DNA of 64,000 nucleotides, taken from contig CAWIAD010000002.1 in the NCBI GenBank assembly GCA_963833985.1, positions 1,600,001 to 1,664,000 on the forward strand, given 5' to 3'. Source of the DNA: an uncultured Planctomycetaceae bacterium (GTDB taxonomy: Bacteria; Planctomycetota; Planctomycetia; Isosphaerales; Isosphaeraceae). The translations under genes were made by a program, and so were the position numbers. A model generated the notes under the pieces. The model saw only the letters and a program-made list of their open reading frames with translations. It ran no database searches and had not been told where the DNA came from. Below are positions 44,069 to 54,759 of the stretch, in pieces (the first letter of the stretch is position 1; the number at the start of each line of letters is the position of its first letter).

Positions 44069-44578
44069 GTGTCCAGTCCGCGTTACAAGGTGAGAGTGAC
44101 CAAGGACTACCTGGTCTTCTGCTCGGGCCATTTCATCACCTATGAAGGCGATCGCTGCGAGCGGCTCCATGGCCACAACTACCGCGCGTTCGTCGAGGTG
44201 GAAGGCGAGCTGGACGAGAACCACTACGTGGTGGACTTCATTGCTCTCAAGGACATGACCCGCGCGATCACCGACGAGCTGGATCACCGCATGCTGCTGC
44301 CGACGCGGAACCCGCTCATCAGCCTGAGCCCGGAGGGTCCGAATTTCCGTGTGACCTACCGCGATCGCCTCTGGAGCTTCCCGCGCGACGAGTGCGTGCT
44401 GCTGCCGATCGCCAACACCACGGCCGAGCTGCTGGCGGACTACATTGCGGGCCGGCTGCGCGAGGCAATGGCCGGCCGCGGCTGGAAGGTGCCCCGCGTC
44501 TTGCGCGTTGAGGTCGAGGAAAGCTTTGGCCAGTCGGCCGAGGTCGAATGGCGCGATGACTCACGGGAATCCGGCTGA
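44069..44578 (+). CDS. 6-pyruvoyl-tetrahydropterin synthase/QueD-family protein (CExxHGH type)
   Basis: FCSGHF, CERLHGHNY, VVDF, LDHR, TTAELLA, VEES. Confidence 0.88.
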   Translation: MSSPRYKVRVTKDYLVFCSGHFITYEGDRCERLHGHNYRAFVEVEGELDENHYVVDFIALKDMTRAITDELDHRMLLPTRNPLISLSPEGPNFRVTYRDRLWSFPRDECVLLPIANTTAELLADYIAGRLREAMAGRGWKVPRVLRVEVEESFGQSAEVEWRDDSRESG

Positions 44579-45373
44579 AGTGCCCGCGGATGCCGGCGGG
44601 AAAAGCGAGGCCCGGCGCTCCGTCGAGAGTTCCTCGAGCTCCTTCCTCCCGATCCTGCCATCATGCAGTGCAGACCCAACCAGGACGGCCGCGGCGCCTG
44701 CGGCTTGCAGGGCATTCAGATCGGCCATCGCGGCGATGCCGCCCCCGGCAGAGACTTCCGCCTGGGGGTACGACGCGCGGAGGAACGGCAACCAGTGCTC
44801 CGTGCCGGTGCCTCGGCCCGTTCCCACCCGCGCCAGGTCCAGCAGCAGCACGCGCCGGACACCCAGCTCCAGGACCCTGTGGAGCAATCCGCCAGGGTCG
44901 GCGGCCGGCCAGTCCGCGCCCGGCGGCATGCGTGGAACGCCCTCGAAAAGATCGACGCTGAAAACGAGCCGGTCGGGCCCTGTCCGGTCGAGAACGCGCC
45001 GCACGGCGTCGGGCCCGGCCGCCGTCTCGAGGCCGAGCACGATCGTGAGCTGCGGCAGCCCCTCCAGCACAGCCAGGTCTTGCACGTCGTTCAGGCCAGC
45101 GTCGATCCAGAGCCGCAGATCGAGATCATGGAGCCGGCGATAAAGCCGCAGATCAGGAGGCCGCTTGCTCGCGATCGCATCCAGATCGGCAAGGTAGAGC
45201 TCCACCAGACCAAGCCGTTCTCGAAATGCACGCGCCAGTTCGATCGGGCAGGAGGAGGGGTGCAACCCGCTGCGCACCGGCCGATAATGGGAGCGAATTC
45301 CGCCCACGGCATGCACCGCAACTCCATCCTGAACATCGAGCACCGGAATCACACGCAACGGACATGGGAACAT
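44561..45373 (-). CDS. HisA/HisF-related TIM-barrel protein (Orf17 type)
   Basis: VIPVLDV..GVAVHA, LYLADLDAI, WIDAG, LLDLARVG, GGGI, LVGSALHDG; start uncertain. Confidence 0.85.
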   Translation of the reverse strand: MFPCPLRVIPVLDVQDGVAVHAVGGIRSHYRPVRSGLHPSSCPIELARAFRERLGLVELYLADLDAIASKRPPDLRLYRRLHDLDLRLWIDAGLNDVQDLAVLEGLPQLTIVLGLETAAGPDAVRRVLDRTGPDRLVFSVDLFEGVPRMPPGADWPAADPGGLLHRVLELGVRRVLLLDLARVGTGRGTGTEHWLPFLRASYPQAEVSAGGGIAAMADLNALQAAGAAAVLVGSALHDGRIGRKELEELSTERRASLFPPASAGTSAGFP

Positions 45374-46442
45374 GGTGTCAGCGGCTCCGCTTTCGATTCT
45401 GGTTCACGAGTGGGTCACGGGGGGCGGCCTGGCCGGCCGCTCGGTGCCGCGGTCGTGGGCCGCGGAGGGCCTGGCCATGCGGCGAGCCATTGCCTCCGAC
45501 TTCGCGGCGCTCCGGGAGCATGGCGTCCGCGTGCAGGTGACCGTCGATCCCCGCTGGCCCGACGATCACAGCCGATGGACGACGCTCACCATGGAACCGG
45601 AAGACCCGCAGGCGCAGCTTGCCCACCTGGCGCGGCAGGCGGATTGTACCGTGCTGATCGCTCCGGAGACGATGGGAGTGCTGGAGTTGCTGGCTGGTGC
45701 TGTCGAAGCCACCGGCACGTGCTGGCTTGGCAGTTCGGCTGCGGCGATCCGGCTCACGGCCGACAAGGCGAAGCTGGCCGCCCGCCTTGCGGCCCGGCAG
45801 GTCCAGACGCCAAGCTGCCGCATCGTCGTGCCTGCCGAGGGGCTGCCCGCGGACGCCGCGTATCCGGCCGTCCTCAAGCCCGTCGACGGCGCGGGGGCGA
45901 TTGATACCTACTTCATCGCTCGGTCCTGCGAGCTGCCGGACGCCGCTCGTGCGCTCCCCATCGCGGTGCTTCAGCCATACTTTCCGGGCGTCGCGATGAG
46001 CGGCAGCTTTCTCGTCGGCGACGGCGGCATCTGCCTGGTTGCCACCGGCCAGCAGGACGTGGTGCGCGAGCTCGGCCGTTTCACCTACCGAGGAGGCACG
46101 ATTCCGGTCCCTTGCCGTGCGGCCGAGCCCATCCTGATCGCGGCGATCGAGGCGGTACCCGGCCTGCGCGGGTTCGTCGGCGTCGATTTTGTGTGGCAAG
46201 AGCAAAGCGGCGCGGCCGCCATCCTGGAGATCAATCCCCGACCCACGACCTCGCTCGTCGGTCTCGTGCATTTGCTGCCGCCTGGGCGCCTCGCCGCGGC
46301 CTGGCTGGCAGCTTGCGGAGTTGCGGGATACGCGTGCGGCCTGCCAGCCCAGCTCGCCAGCCATATCCGGACGGACGCACCGGTGCGGTTCCTTGCCGAT
46401 GGCACGATTTGCGCCCGCGCAGCGCAGGGAACCTGCTCATGA
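45372..46442 (+). CDS. ATP-grasp protein, tyramine-glutamate ligase (MfnD)-like
   Basis: HEWVTGGG, EG.AM, IAPE, DK, LKPVDGAG, GFVGVD, EINPRPTTS. Confidence 0.82.
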   Translation: MVSAAPLSILVHEWVTGGGLAGRSVPRSWAAEGLAMRRAIASDFAALREHGVRVQVTVDPRWPDDHSRWTTLTMEPEDPQAQLAHLARQADCTVLIAPETMGVLELLAGAVEATGTCWLGSSAAAIRLTADKAKLAARLAARQVQTPSCRIVVPAEGLPADAAYPAVLKPVDGAGAIDTYFIARSCELPDAARALPIAVLQPYFPGVAMSGSFLVGDGGICLVATGQQDVVRELGRFTYRGGTIPVPCRAAEPILIAAIEAVPGLRGFVGVDFVWQEQSGAAAILEINPRPTTSLVGLVHLLPPGRLAAAWLAACGVAGYACGLPAQLASHIRTDAPVRFLADGTICARAAQGTCS

Positions 46443-47494
46443 CAGCGAGGGCCGTCTCGAAGCAGCGAAGAACCCGCATGCTGGCGCTGGACATCGGTGG
46501 TGCCAATCTGAAGGCGGCACACTCCGATGGCACATGCGTGACCGCAGCGTTCGAGGTCTGGCGGCGTCCGGCGGAGCTCCGCGCGGCGATCGCCGAGCTT
46601 GCGGCCGGGCTCCCTGCCTTTGACCAGGTGGCACTCACGATGACCGCCGAGCTCTGTGATTGTTACCCAACCAGGGACGAGGGGGTCCGAGCGATCCTGG
46701 CGTCCGTGCTTGGCGTCTTCGAGTCCTTCCCCGTCCGGGTCTGGGGCATCGACGGGCGTTTCCACGGGCCGGAAGCGATTCGCCGGCAGCCGTCTCTGGC
46801 GGCCGCGGCCAACTGGCTGGCGCTGGCGACGGTCGCCGCTCGTCATTTCCCCGAGCATCACGGTCTGCTCATTGATGTGGGCTCGACCACGACGGACCTG
46901 ATACCGCTCGCCACGGGGAAGGTGGCCGCCCGGGGCCGGACGGATCCCGATCGCCTGCAATCCGGTGAGCTCGTGTACGCCGGCGTGAAGCGCACGCCGA
47001 TCTGTGCCCTGGCCACCGAGCTTGCGATCGGGCAGGGGCGGCCCATCGGCCTCGCCGCCGAGCTGTTCGCTACGACGCTCGACGTCTTCCTGACGCTGGG
47101 CGATCTCCCTTCTGATCCCTCGGACCGGTCCACGGCCGACGGCCGTGCGGCCACGGTCGAGGCCGCCCGCGCCCGACTGGCGCGGATGATCTGCACCGAT
47201 CGCCAGAGTTTTTCCATCCAGGACGCGCACGCCCTGGCCAGCTCCGCCCAGGAATGTCTCTTGCAGCGCCTCACCGTGGCCGCTCGGCGCGTTTGCGAGG
47301 CGACGATCCCCGCAGTGGGTGTCGTGGTCCTTGCCGGCTCCGGCGAATTCCTCGCGCGGAGGGTCGCGGGGCGCCTGGTGGGAAACGACGGCCTCATCGT
47401 CAGCCTCTCCGGGCGCTGGGGGCCCGCGGGGTCCAGCGCGGCGTGTGCCCGCGCCCTCCTTTCCTTGCTGGACGATTGCGAGCCCGGATTGTGA
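46439..47494 (+). CDS. Hydantoinase/oxoprolinase-family H4MPT-linked C1 protein (MfnF/Orf9-like)
   Basis: LDIGGANLK, TMTAELCDC, AANW, DVGSTTTD, GELVY.G..RTP, ELFATT.D, ADG, RLARM. Confidence 0.88.
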   Translation: MTARAVSKQRRTRMLALDIGGANLKAAHSDGTCVTAAFEVWRRPAELRAAIAELAAGLPAFDQVALTMTAELCDCYPTRDEGVRAILASVLGVFESFPVRVWGIDGRFHGPEAIRRQPSLAAAANWLALATVAARHFPEHHGLLIDVGSTTTDLIPLATGKVAARGRTDPDRLQSGELVYAGVKRTPICALATELAIGQGRPIGLAAELFATTLDVFLTLGDLPSDPSDRSTADGRAATVEAARARLARMICTDRQSFSIQDAHALASSAQECLLQRLTVAARRVCEATIPAVGVVVLAGSGEFLARRVAGRLVGNDGLIVSLSGRWGPAGSSAACARALLSLLDDCEPGL

Positions 47495-48164
47495 ACCCTG
47501 CGGAACCATCACATTCAGCGGTGGTTGGACCGCGCGACCATGGCGGCCTGGTGGTGATCAAGGTCGGCGGAAGCCTGCTGGGCTGGCCCGAGCTGCCAGC
47601 GCGGCTGGCCGCGCTGCTGGATCGCGATGCGGGAGGGGAGGCGCCCTGCGGCGCCTGGCGGTGCTGGTTGCCGGCGGGGGCCCCTTCGCCGACCTGATCC
47701 GGGCGATGGACCGCGTGCATGCGCTCGGCGACCTCGCCGCACACGATCTGGCCATGCGCACGCTCGACATCACGGCGGCGCTGCTGGCTGCGTTGCTGGG
47801 GCGATCCAGGGTCGTGCACCGCGCGGCCGAGATCGAGACCTGCCTGAGCCAGGACCTGGTGCCCGTGGCGTCGCCGGCGCGATTCCTGGAGGAGCTGGAC
47901 GACATCAGCCAGGATCCGCTGCCGGCGAGCTGGGACGTGACCTCCGACTCGATCGCCGCGCGGCTGGCGGATCGCCTTGGCGCCCGCAGGCTGATCCTGC
48001 TGAAAAGCGTCGCTCCGGACGGCGACATGGACCGGCGCCAGGCGGCTCGGCTCGGGCTGGTGGATCCCTTGTTCCCGGTGCTGAGCAGCCGGTTGGATCG
48101 GGTGGAAGTCGTGAACCTGCGTGAATCCGGGGCGGGCATACGACGGCTGACCATAGGATTATGA
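47491..48164 (+). CDS. Amino-acid-kinase-family protein (MfnE/Orf21-like; frameshift near 47655)
   Basis: VIKVGGSL, GGGPFAD, SWDVTSDSIAA, LILLKS, VDP.F. Confidence 0.85.
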
Positions 48165-48242
48165 CCGACCCGCCGCTATCCTGGACGGCTGGTGGCTTCC
48201 GCAGAGCGGAGCATCCCACGCGTTGCCTCGAGTCCGACAACC

Positions 48243-48551
48243 ATGCCGCAACCCAGGTTGATTTCTCTTGACCGACCCGAGACTCCGGCCTTGCCGATCT
48301 CGGTGCGGCTGCGATCGCAACTGGTTTACTTCATGACGCCGCCCGGCTCGCCCGGCATCCCCGCGCTGGGCGAGAACGAATACTGGGTGGCTCAAGGCGA
48401 TGTCAGCCGCTGGCTGGCCGACGGCGTCCTGCTGCTGGTCTCGCCGCTGGACACCGAGAACTTCACGGAGGTGGAGCTTTCCGAGGAGCAGGAGCAGTTC
48501 CTCGGCTGGCTGGAACGGAACCAGGTGCAGCACATCCGGGTGGCGGAATAG
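48243..48551 (+). CDS. Small acidic hypothetical protein
   Basis: Natural-looking 102-aa ORF (LVSPLDTENFTEVELSEEQEQFL.WL) with host-like codon usage. Confidence 0.65.
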   Translation: MPQPRLISLDRPETPALPISVRLRSQLVYFMTPPGSPGIPALGENEYWVAQGDVSRWLADGVLLLVSPLDTENFTEVELSEEQEQFLGWLERNQVQHIRVAE

Positions 48552-48611
48552 CCCATCCGAAGCGGCCGTCCCGCGGGGGACCGTCGCGCCGCGGGTTCCT
48601 CGCGGCTCGGG

Positions 48612-48640
48612 TTGAATGCCAGAGGACTCGGGCCCATAAT
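48612..48640 (+). promoter_or_regulatory. Putative sigma70 promoter of the inositol/UbiA operon
   Basis: TTGAAT-17 bp-CATAAT, about 130 bp upstream of the ATG. Confidence 0.55.
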
Positions 48641-48770
48641 GAACTTGCGTCAACAAGGGATGTCCGTGGCGAGGCTGATTTCCCGCCTGCGATCGTGAAC
48701 CGACGAACGCTTCCCGCCTGGTTCCGTGCCCGGATCCCCAAGCACCCCTGCACCATAGGTGGTCCCACGA

Positions 48771-50015
48771 ATGACTCGTCGCCGGGTTGGGCTTTGGCTG
48801 GTCGGAGCGTTCGGAGGTGTGGGGACCACGATCACGCTCGGCCTGGCGGCGCTGGCGCGCGGTCTGACGGACCGCACCGGTCTGGTGACCGCACTGCCGC
48901 CGTTCCGTGATCTTGGCCTGGTGGAACCGGACCAGTTCGTGGTGGGCGGGCATGACATCCGCCGCACCAGCTTTGCGCAGTCCGCGGAGGAGTTTCGCCG
49001 GAATTCAGGGGTCTTCGACCCCGCCTGGATTACCGCCTGCGGGCCCGACCTGGAGACGGCCTCGGCCCGGGTCCAGCCAGGACCGCGGCTCGGCCTCAGC
49101 GCGGTGGTGTCACAGCTGGCGGACTGGCCCGAGCAGAAGCCGGGGAGAACGCCCCGCCAGGCGATCGACGCCATCTCCACGGATCTGCGCCATTTCGTCG
49201 CGTCCGAGTCGATCGACCACCTGATCGTGCTGAACGTCTCCAGCACCGAGCCGCCGTTCCCGCTGGACTCCGCGCACGAGCACTGGGAGACGCTTCAGCC
49301 GAGGCTGGCCGAGGCCCTTTCTTCGCCTCTGGTGCCCTCAAGCACGCTGTACGCCCTGGCGGCGCTCGAGGGTGGGCATTCTTACATCAACTTCACCCCG
49401 AGCCTGGGCGCGTCGTTCCCCGCGGCGTACGAGCTGGCCGAGGCGACCGGCTCCCTGCATGCCGGCAAGGACGGCAAGACCGGCGAGACACTGATGAAGA
49501 CCGTGCTCGCCCCGATGTTCGCGCACCGCAACCTGAAGGTGTCGAGCTGGGTGGGCCACAACATCTTTGGCAATCGCGACGGGCTGGTGCTCGACGACCC
49601 GACCAGCAAGAGTTCCAAGGTGGAGACCAAGGACCGGGTGCTCGCGCAGATCCTCGGCTACAAGCCGTCGTCGATTGTCACCATCGAGTACCTCCCCGAC
49701 ATGGGCGACTGGAAGACCGCCTGGGACCACGTCCATTTCCAGGGCTTTCTGGGCACGCGCATGACCCTCCAGTTCACCTGGCAAGGTTGCGACAGCCTGC
49801 TGGCCGCTCCCCTGGCCATCGACCTGGCGCGGCTTACCGACCTGGAGAAGCAGCGGGGCGGCAGGGGCCTGCTGCGGCACCTCGCCTGCTTTTTCAAGAG
49901 CCCCGAAGGGGATTCGGAGCACGACTTCTTCAAGCAGTATGACCGGCTGATCGACCATTGCACCCGGAATGAAGGGCCACGATGCAGCTCGCGTTCAGCA
50001 CCAACGCCTACCTGA
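48771..50015 (+). CDS. ino1: Myo-inositol-1-phosphate synthase
   Basis: GAFGGVGTT, NVSSTE, YINFTP, GKDGKTGET, NIFGNRDG, GDWKTAWD, GCDSLLAAP, FFKSP. Confidence 0.9.
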   Translation: MTRRRVGLWLVGAFGGVGTTITLGLAALARGLTDRTGLVTALPPFRDLGLVEPDQFVVGGHDIRRTSFAQSAEEFRRNSGVFDPAWITACGPDLETASARVQPGPRLGLSAVVSQLADWPEQKPGRTPRQAIDAISTDLRHFVASESIDHLIVLNVSSTEPPFPLDSAHEHWETLQPRLAEALSSPLVPSSTLYALAALEGGHSYINFTPSLGASFPAAYELAEATGSLHAGKDGKTGETLMKTVLAPMFAHRNLKVSSWVGHNIFGNRDGLVLDDPTSKSSKVETKDRVLAQILGYKPSSIVTIEYLPDMGDWKTAWDHVHFQGFLGTRMTLQFTWQGCDSLLAAPLAIDLARLTDLEKQRGGRGLLRHLACFFKSPEGDSEHDFFKQYDRLIDHCTRNEGPRCSSRSAPTPT

Positions 50016-50862
50016 AGCACCCCTTTGACGAGGCGGCCGCGCGGATCGCGGCGATCGGCTATGCGGGGCTGGAGCTCCTGGCCGACGTCCCGCACGCCTG
50101 GCCGGCGGGCTTGCTGGAGGGCCAGAAACGGGACATCACCGCGGCAATGCAGCGGTCGGGACTACGCTTTTCCAATATCAACGCCTTCATGATGAACGCG
50201 GTGGCCGATCATCGCCAGCCTTACTGGCACCCCTCGTTCATCGAGCCGGACGCGCATTACCGCCGCGTTCGCATCGACCACACGCGGCGTGCGCTCTCGC
50301 TCTGCGCCGAGCTCGGTGCGCCGCACATCACCACCGAGCCGGGCGGGCCGCTCTTACCGGGGCAGCCGCGGCAGGCGGCAATCGACCTGTTCGTCGAGGT
50401 GCTCAAGCCGCTGGCCGAGCACGCCGAGCGCTGCGGTGTCGCTCTGCTCATCGAGCCGGAGCCCGGGCTGTTGCTGGAAACGACGGCCCAGTACCTGGAG
50501 GTGGCCGAACGCGTGAACGCGCCGTCGCTCGGGCTCAACTTCGATGTCGGCCACGCGTACTGCGTGAGCGAGGACCTGGCACGCGCGATTGCCCTCCTGG
50601 CCGGCCACATCCGCCACTATCATGTGGAGGACATCGCGGCCACGCGGGTTCATCACCACCTCGTTCCCGGCACCGGCGCCATCGACTTCGCCGCGGTGAT
50701 TGAAGCCATCCGCAACACGGGATACACGGGTTGGCTCACCGTCGAGCTCTATCCGTTCCAGGAAGATCCCGACGCGGCCGCGCGCAGGCGCTCGCGGTCC
50801 TCCAACCTTTGGTCCGTGCCGCGACAGGCGGTGCTCTCGAGGTGGAATCATCGGTTCCCTGA
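49982..50862 (+). CDS. Sugar phosphate isomerase/epimerase TIM barrel (frameshift near 50790)
   Basis: AFSTNAY, IEPEPG, NFDVGH, HVEDI, HHHLVPGTG, TVELY. Confidence 0.85.
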
Positions 50863-51758
50863 TCCCTTTCCTCCAGTTGATCCGCCTCCCCAATGTGCTG
50901 ACGGCCGCGGCCGATAGCCTGGCCGGCTGGCTGCTGGGCGGCGGATCGCTGCGCGCATTCGAGCGCTGGACGCCGCTGGCCGCGGCCTCCATGATCCTCT
51001 ACGCCGCCGGCATGGCACTGAACGATGCATTCGATGCCCGGACCGATGCGCGCGAGCGGCCCGCCCGGCCCATCCCCTCGGGCCGGATCACGCGCCGGCT
51101 GGCGTTTGGTGTGGGAGGAATCGGGCTCATGCTGGGACCGCTGGCTGCCTGGCTTTCCGGCTCGACCGCCAGCCTCGTCGTGGCCGGTGCGCTGGCACTG
51201 GTGATCCTGGCATACGACGCGGGCATGAAGCGTACCCCCCTGGGGCCCCTTTTCATGGGTGGCTGCCGGGGCCTGAACCTGCTGCTGGGGCTGTCGCAAG
51301 TGCCGTCGCTGGGCGGACCCGTCGGCTGGCTGGCGGCCGCCACGTACGGCCTGTTCGTCGCCGGCATCACCTGGGTCAGCCGCTCCGAGACCGAGTCGGG
51401 CCGGACCCGGAACCTGCTCGCCGGCCTGACGGTGCAGAACCTGGCACTGGTGGGGCTGATGGCGGTGGCGCTGCTGCCGCGCAGGTTTCCCAGGCCGGAG
51501 CCGGGACGCCCGCTCATCCCGCTGGAGGGCCTGCTGGCGCTTGTCGTCGTGGCCCTGGTTGTGAACCTCACAGCCATCCCGGCCATTTACCAGCCCGTCC
51601 CGGCACTCATCCAGAAGGTGGTCAAGACCGGCATCCTCAGCCTGGTCTGGATCAACGTCGGCCTGGTGGCCGCAGTGCGCGGACCGGCGCAGGCGGCCGC
51701 CGTCGCCGGGCTCTGGCTACCCGCCTATGTTCTGGGGCGCTGGCTCTACTCCACCTGA
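50842..51758 (+). CDS. UbiA-family prenyltransferase (EboC/SCO3242-like); start uncertain
   Basis: RLPNVLTA.AD, GMALNDAFD..D..ERP.RPIPSG, YD, MGGCRGLN.LLG. Confidence 0.85.
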
Positions 51759-51777
51759 TGGGTGCCCGGAGGCGCGC

Positions 51778-52629
51778 GTGCGGCTGGGATACAACACCAA
51801 CGGCCTGGCGCATCACCGCCTGACCGACGCACTGGACCTGATCGCCGGGGCGGGGTACCAGAGCGCGGCCATCACGCTGGACGCCGGCGCACTGGACCCG
51901 TACGACGAGCCGGCCGTGCTTGCCAGGCAGATCCGCGCGGTGCGCCTGCGCCTGGAGCACCACGAACTCGGCAGCGTCGTCGAGACCGGCGCCCGGTACC
52001 TGCTGAACCCGCGGCTCAAGCACGACCCGACGCTGATGGACCCGGACCCGGCCCGCCGGGCCATGCGTGTCGACTTCCTGTGCCGGGCCATCGAGATCGC
52101 CCAGGAGCTGAGCGCAGAGTGCCTCTCGCTCTGGTCCGGGCGGCTCGGCGATGCGATCTCCGAGGAAGAGGCGCTGGACCGGCTGGCCAGCGCCCTGGAG
52201 CCGGTACTCCGCCACGCGGAGCGTGCGTCCCTGCCGCTGGCCTTTGAGCCCGAGCCGGGGATGTTCATTGATACCTTCCACCGCTTCGACCGGCTCGACC
52301 AGCGCATCCGTCATCCTCTGTTCCACCTGACGGTCGATCTTGGCCACGTCCACTGCATCGAGGACGGAACAATTTCCGGGCATCTGCTGCGCCGGGCGCC
52401 GCGCATTCTTAACCTGCATGTCGAGGACATGGTCCGCGGCGTTCACGAGCACCTCATGTTCGGCACGGGAACGATGGAATTCGGACCAATCTTCGACACC
52501 CTCCGAGCCATCGACTATCGTGGTGGCATTCACGTTGAGCTGAGCCGGCACAGCCATGCGGGCCCCGAGGCCGTGGCGGCCGCCATGAGCTTCCTGGGAC
52601 AGTTCATGGGCGCCGAAGCCGCGCCCTGA
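51778..52629 (+). CDS. Sugar phosphate isomerase/epimerase TIM barrel (SCO3241-like)
   Basis: GYNTNGLAHHRL, VETGARYLL, FEPEPGM, DLGH, HVEDM.RGVHEHL, VEL.RH. Confidence 0.85.
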   Translation: MRLGYNTNGLAHHRLTDALDLIAGAGYQSAAITLDAGALDPYDEPAVLARQIRAVRLRLEHHELGSVVETGARYLLNPRLKHDPTLMDPDPARRAMRVDFLCRAIEIAQELSAECLSLWSGRLGDAISEEEALDRLASALEPVLRHAERASLPLAFEPEPGMFIDTFHRFDRLDQRIRHPLFHLTVDLGHVHCIEDGTISGHLLRRAPRILNLHVEDMVRGVHEHLMFGTGTMEFGPIFDTLRAIDYRGGIHVELSRHSHAGPEAVAAAMSFLGQFMGAEAAP

Positions 52630-52734
52630 TTCCTGGCCGCCGGCCAATCTTCCCGGGTGGCCGGAATCGCCACGTGATTCATGCGCTGCGGTGCCGGCCG
52701 GACCAGGTCTGTTCCATGTGGTATTCTTGGCCAG

Positions 52735-52830
52735 GCCCCTCTCGGCCGGCCTGCGAGCCCCTTCTCCCCAGCAGGGAGCAGGAACGAATTGGCCCTCTTT
52801 CCGCCCGGGAGGAGGCCCGGGTGAGGGGGT
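52735..52830. repeat. Degenerate CCCTCTCCC...GGGAG/GGGTGAGGG REP-like palindromes
   Basis: CCCTTCTCCCCAGCAGGGAGCAGG and CCCTCTTTCCGCCCGGGAGGAGGCCCGGGTGAGGGG. Confidence 0.4.
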
Positions 52831-52853
52831 GGCGGCCACGAACCCAAAATGAA

Positions 52854-52959
52854 CTAAATAGCTCCCCGTAAGAGGGAAAGTGTGGAACGGCCGCCCTCGG
52901 CCGTCCTGAGCCAGCCGAGGGCGGCTGGCCCACATTCCAAGAGGCGAGGATCTATTTAG
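52854..52959 (+). mobile_element. 106-bp MITE/REPIN-like element, family 1, copy 3 (best-matched ends)
   Basis: CTAAATAGCTCCCCG ... CGAGGATCTATTTAG: 8-bp perfect terminal inverted repeat, 13 of 16 extended. Confidence 0.88.
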
Positions 52960-53543
52960 CCCCGGACAGCCCCGGCATCGGGAGGAACCTACTGGACTTG
53001 CGACAGGGCCCACGCTAGAGTAATGAAGATTTCAATAATGTCACCAGGCACGCAACTGGTCGGCTCGCAAAGGACTTCACCTCTCCCCTGAGCGAATCGC
53101 TGGATCCGTGGGCCTATGGGCCACGAGCTCCCGGAATATCAGACGGATCCTCCTTTCCGCGGGAGCGTGCGCTGGATGGACTGGAATTTATGCCGATGAC
53201 CTTCTGATTCTCTGCATCGAATCCTTCCGCGACAGAACGACCCATCGAACAGCGATTTCATCCTGCTTGCCCATTGATACGTCTGTACAGTATGGACATG
53301 AGGGTACACTTTGGGGATGTTTCTCGAATCGTGAATGTTCCGGGATCGTTCTCCGAAAAACCGATCAATTATGGTCCGTAGGCGAGTGCCCCCAGGCGCC
53401 ATCGTTCACTTGAGAGTGGCTCCGGTCGTCGATGACCGGCCTTCGCAAGTTGTCTCGTGGCATCTGGGCAATCTCAAGTGTGATCTCTGCTTCAAGCCCT
53501 GATCCCTGTCATCTTACCATCCCCGAGGAGAGGAGTCGTGAGC

Positions 53544-54642
53544 ATGAAGACGTCGAAGTTAGGGTTCTCCGGCCGAGCGCGGCACGGATTCACACTGATC
53601 GAGCTGCTTGTGGTGATCGCCATCATCGCGGTTTTGATCTCGCTGCTGCTCCCCGCCGTGCAATCGGCCCGCGAGGCGGCCCGCCGTGCGCAATGCGTGA
53701 ACAACCTGAAGCAAATCGCCCTGGCCTGCCACAATTATGAAAGTGGCCAGGGTTGCTTCCCCATGGGGAATCGATACATGGACGTCACCTCGGGGTACAC
53801 CCAGTCGGTCTGCTCGAGTAGCAGCTGGTTTGGCTACTCGGCCTTTTGCTACATCGTTCCCTTTCTTGACGGGAATGCTCAGTACAATTCCATCAACTTC
53901 AATCTCGTCGCGAACTCGATCCGGAACACGACGGCGCTGGGGACGAAATTGAGACTCGTTCATTTGCCCGTCGGACCTGGAATCGACTCCTTACGTCGAC
54001 TCGAACGGCATCATGCGAGGGTATGTCCAGTGCTCGTACGGGATGAGCCGTGGCACCCAGGAGAACATTTTCACCAACTGGGCGGTCGCCTCTTTTCCGG
54101 ATCCGAATGCCCAGAATCCCCAGCACTGCAACGCCGCGCTCGGCAATGGCATGTTCGGAGCTGAGGCCGTGGTCAAGATGTCCAACGTGACGGATGGTAC
54201 GAGCAATACCACCCTGTTCGGAGAGATGTGCCGGTTCCTCAACGAACCTCCCGATCCCTACAATTTCTATTCGTTCACCGCGGTGTTTCCCGCGTCCGAT
54301 TTCAATCCCAACGCAATCAACGCCGGCGAGTACTTCCCCCAGACCGGAGCCTTCACGTTCCCGAGGATCAACTCGCCAAACGATATCACCGGCAAGAACT
54401 GGCAGGCCGTGTGGGGTGTGTGCGGCACGGGCGCCGGGATTCCGACAGACTGGCTGATCAGCTGTCCGCAATCACTGACGACTCTGGGCGAGTGGGCCTT
54501 CCGCAGCCGGCATCCGGGCGGCGTGAATTTCGCTTTTGCCGACGGTTCGGTCAAATTCATCAAGCAGTCCATCAGCGACATGACCTATCAGGCCCTGGGA
54601 ACCCGGGCCGGCAGCGAGGTCATCAGCTCAGACGCTTACTGA
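53544..54642 (+). CDS. DUF1559 prepilin-like protein (frameshift near 53955)
   Basis: [59 protein letters not shown]. Confidence 0.9.
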
Positions 54643-54759
54643 TTGGCCGACCATCGGAGACCCCCTCCGGCCTCGACGCGGGGCCGGAGGGCCGGGCCGC
54701 TCCGGGTGCAGACGCGTCCGGCCCGTATCGACATCGACTTCCCGCTTCGTGGAGACCTC

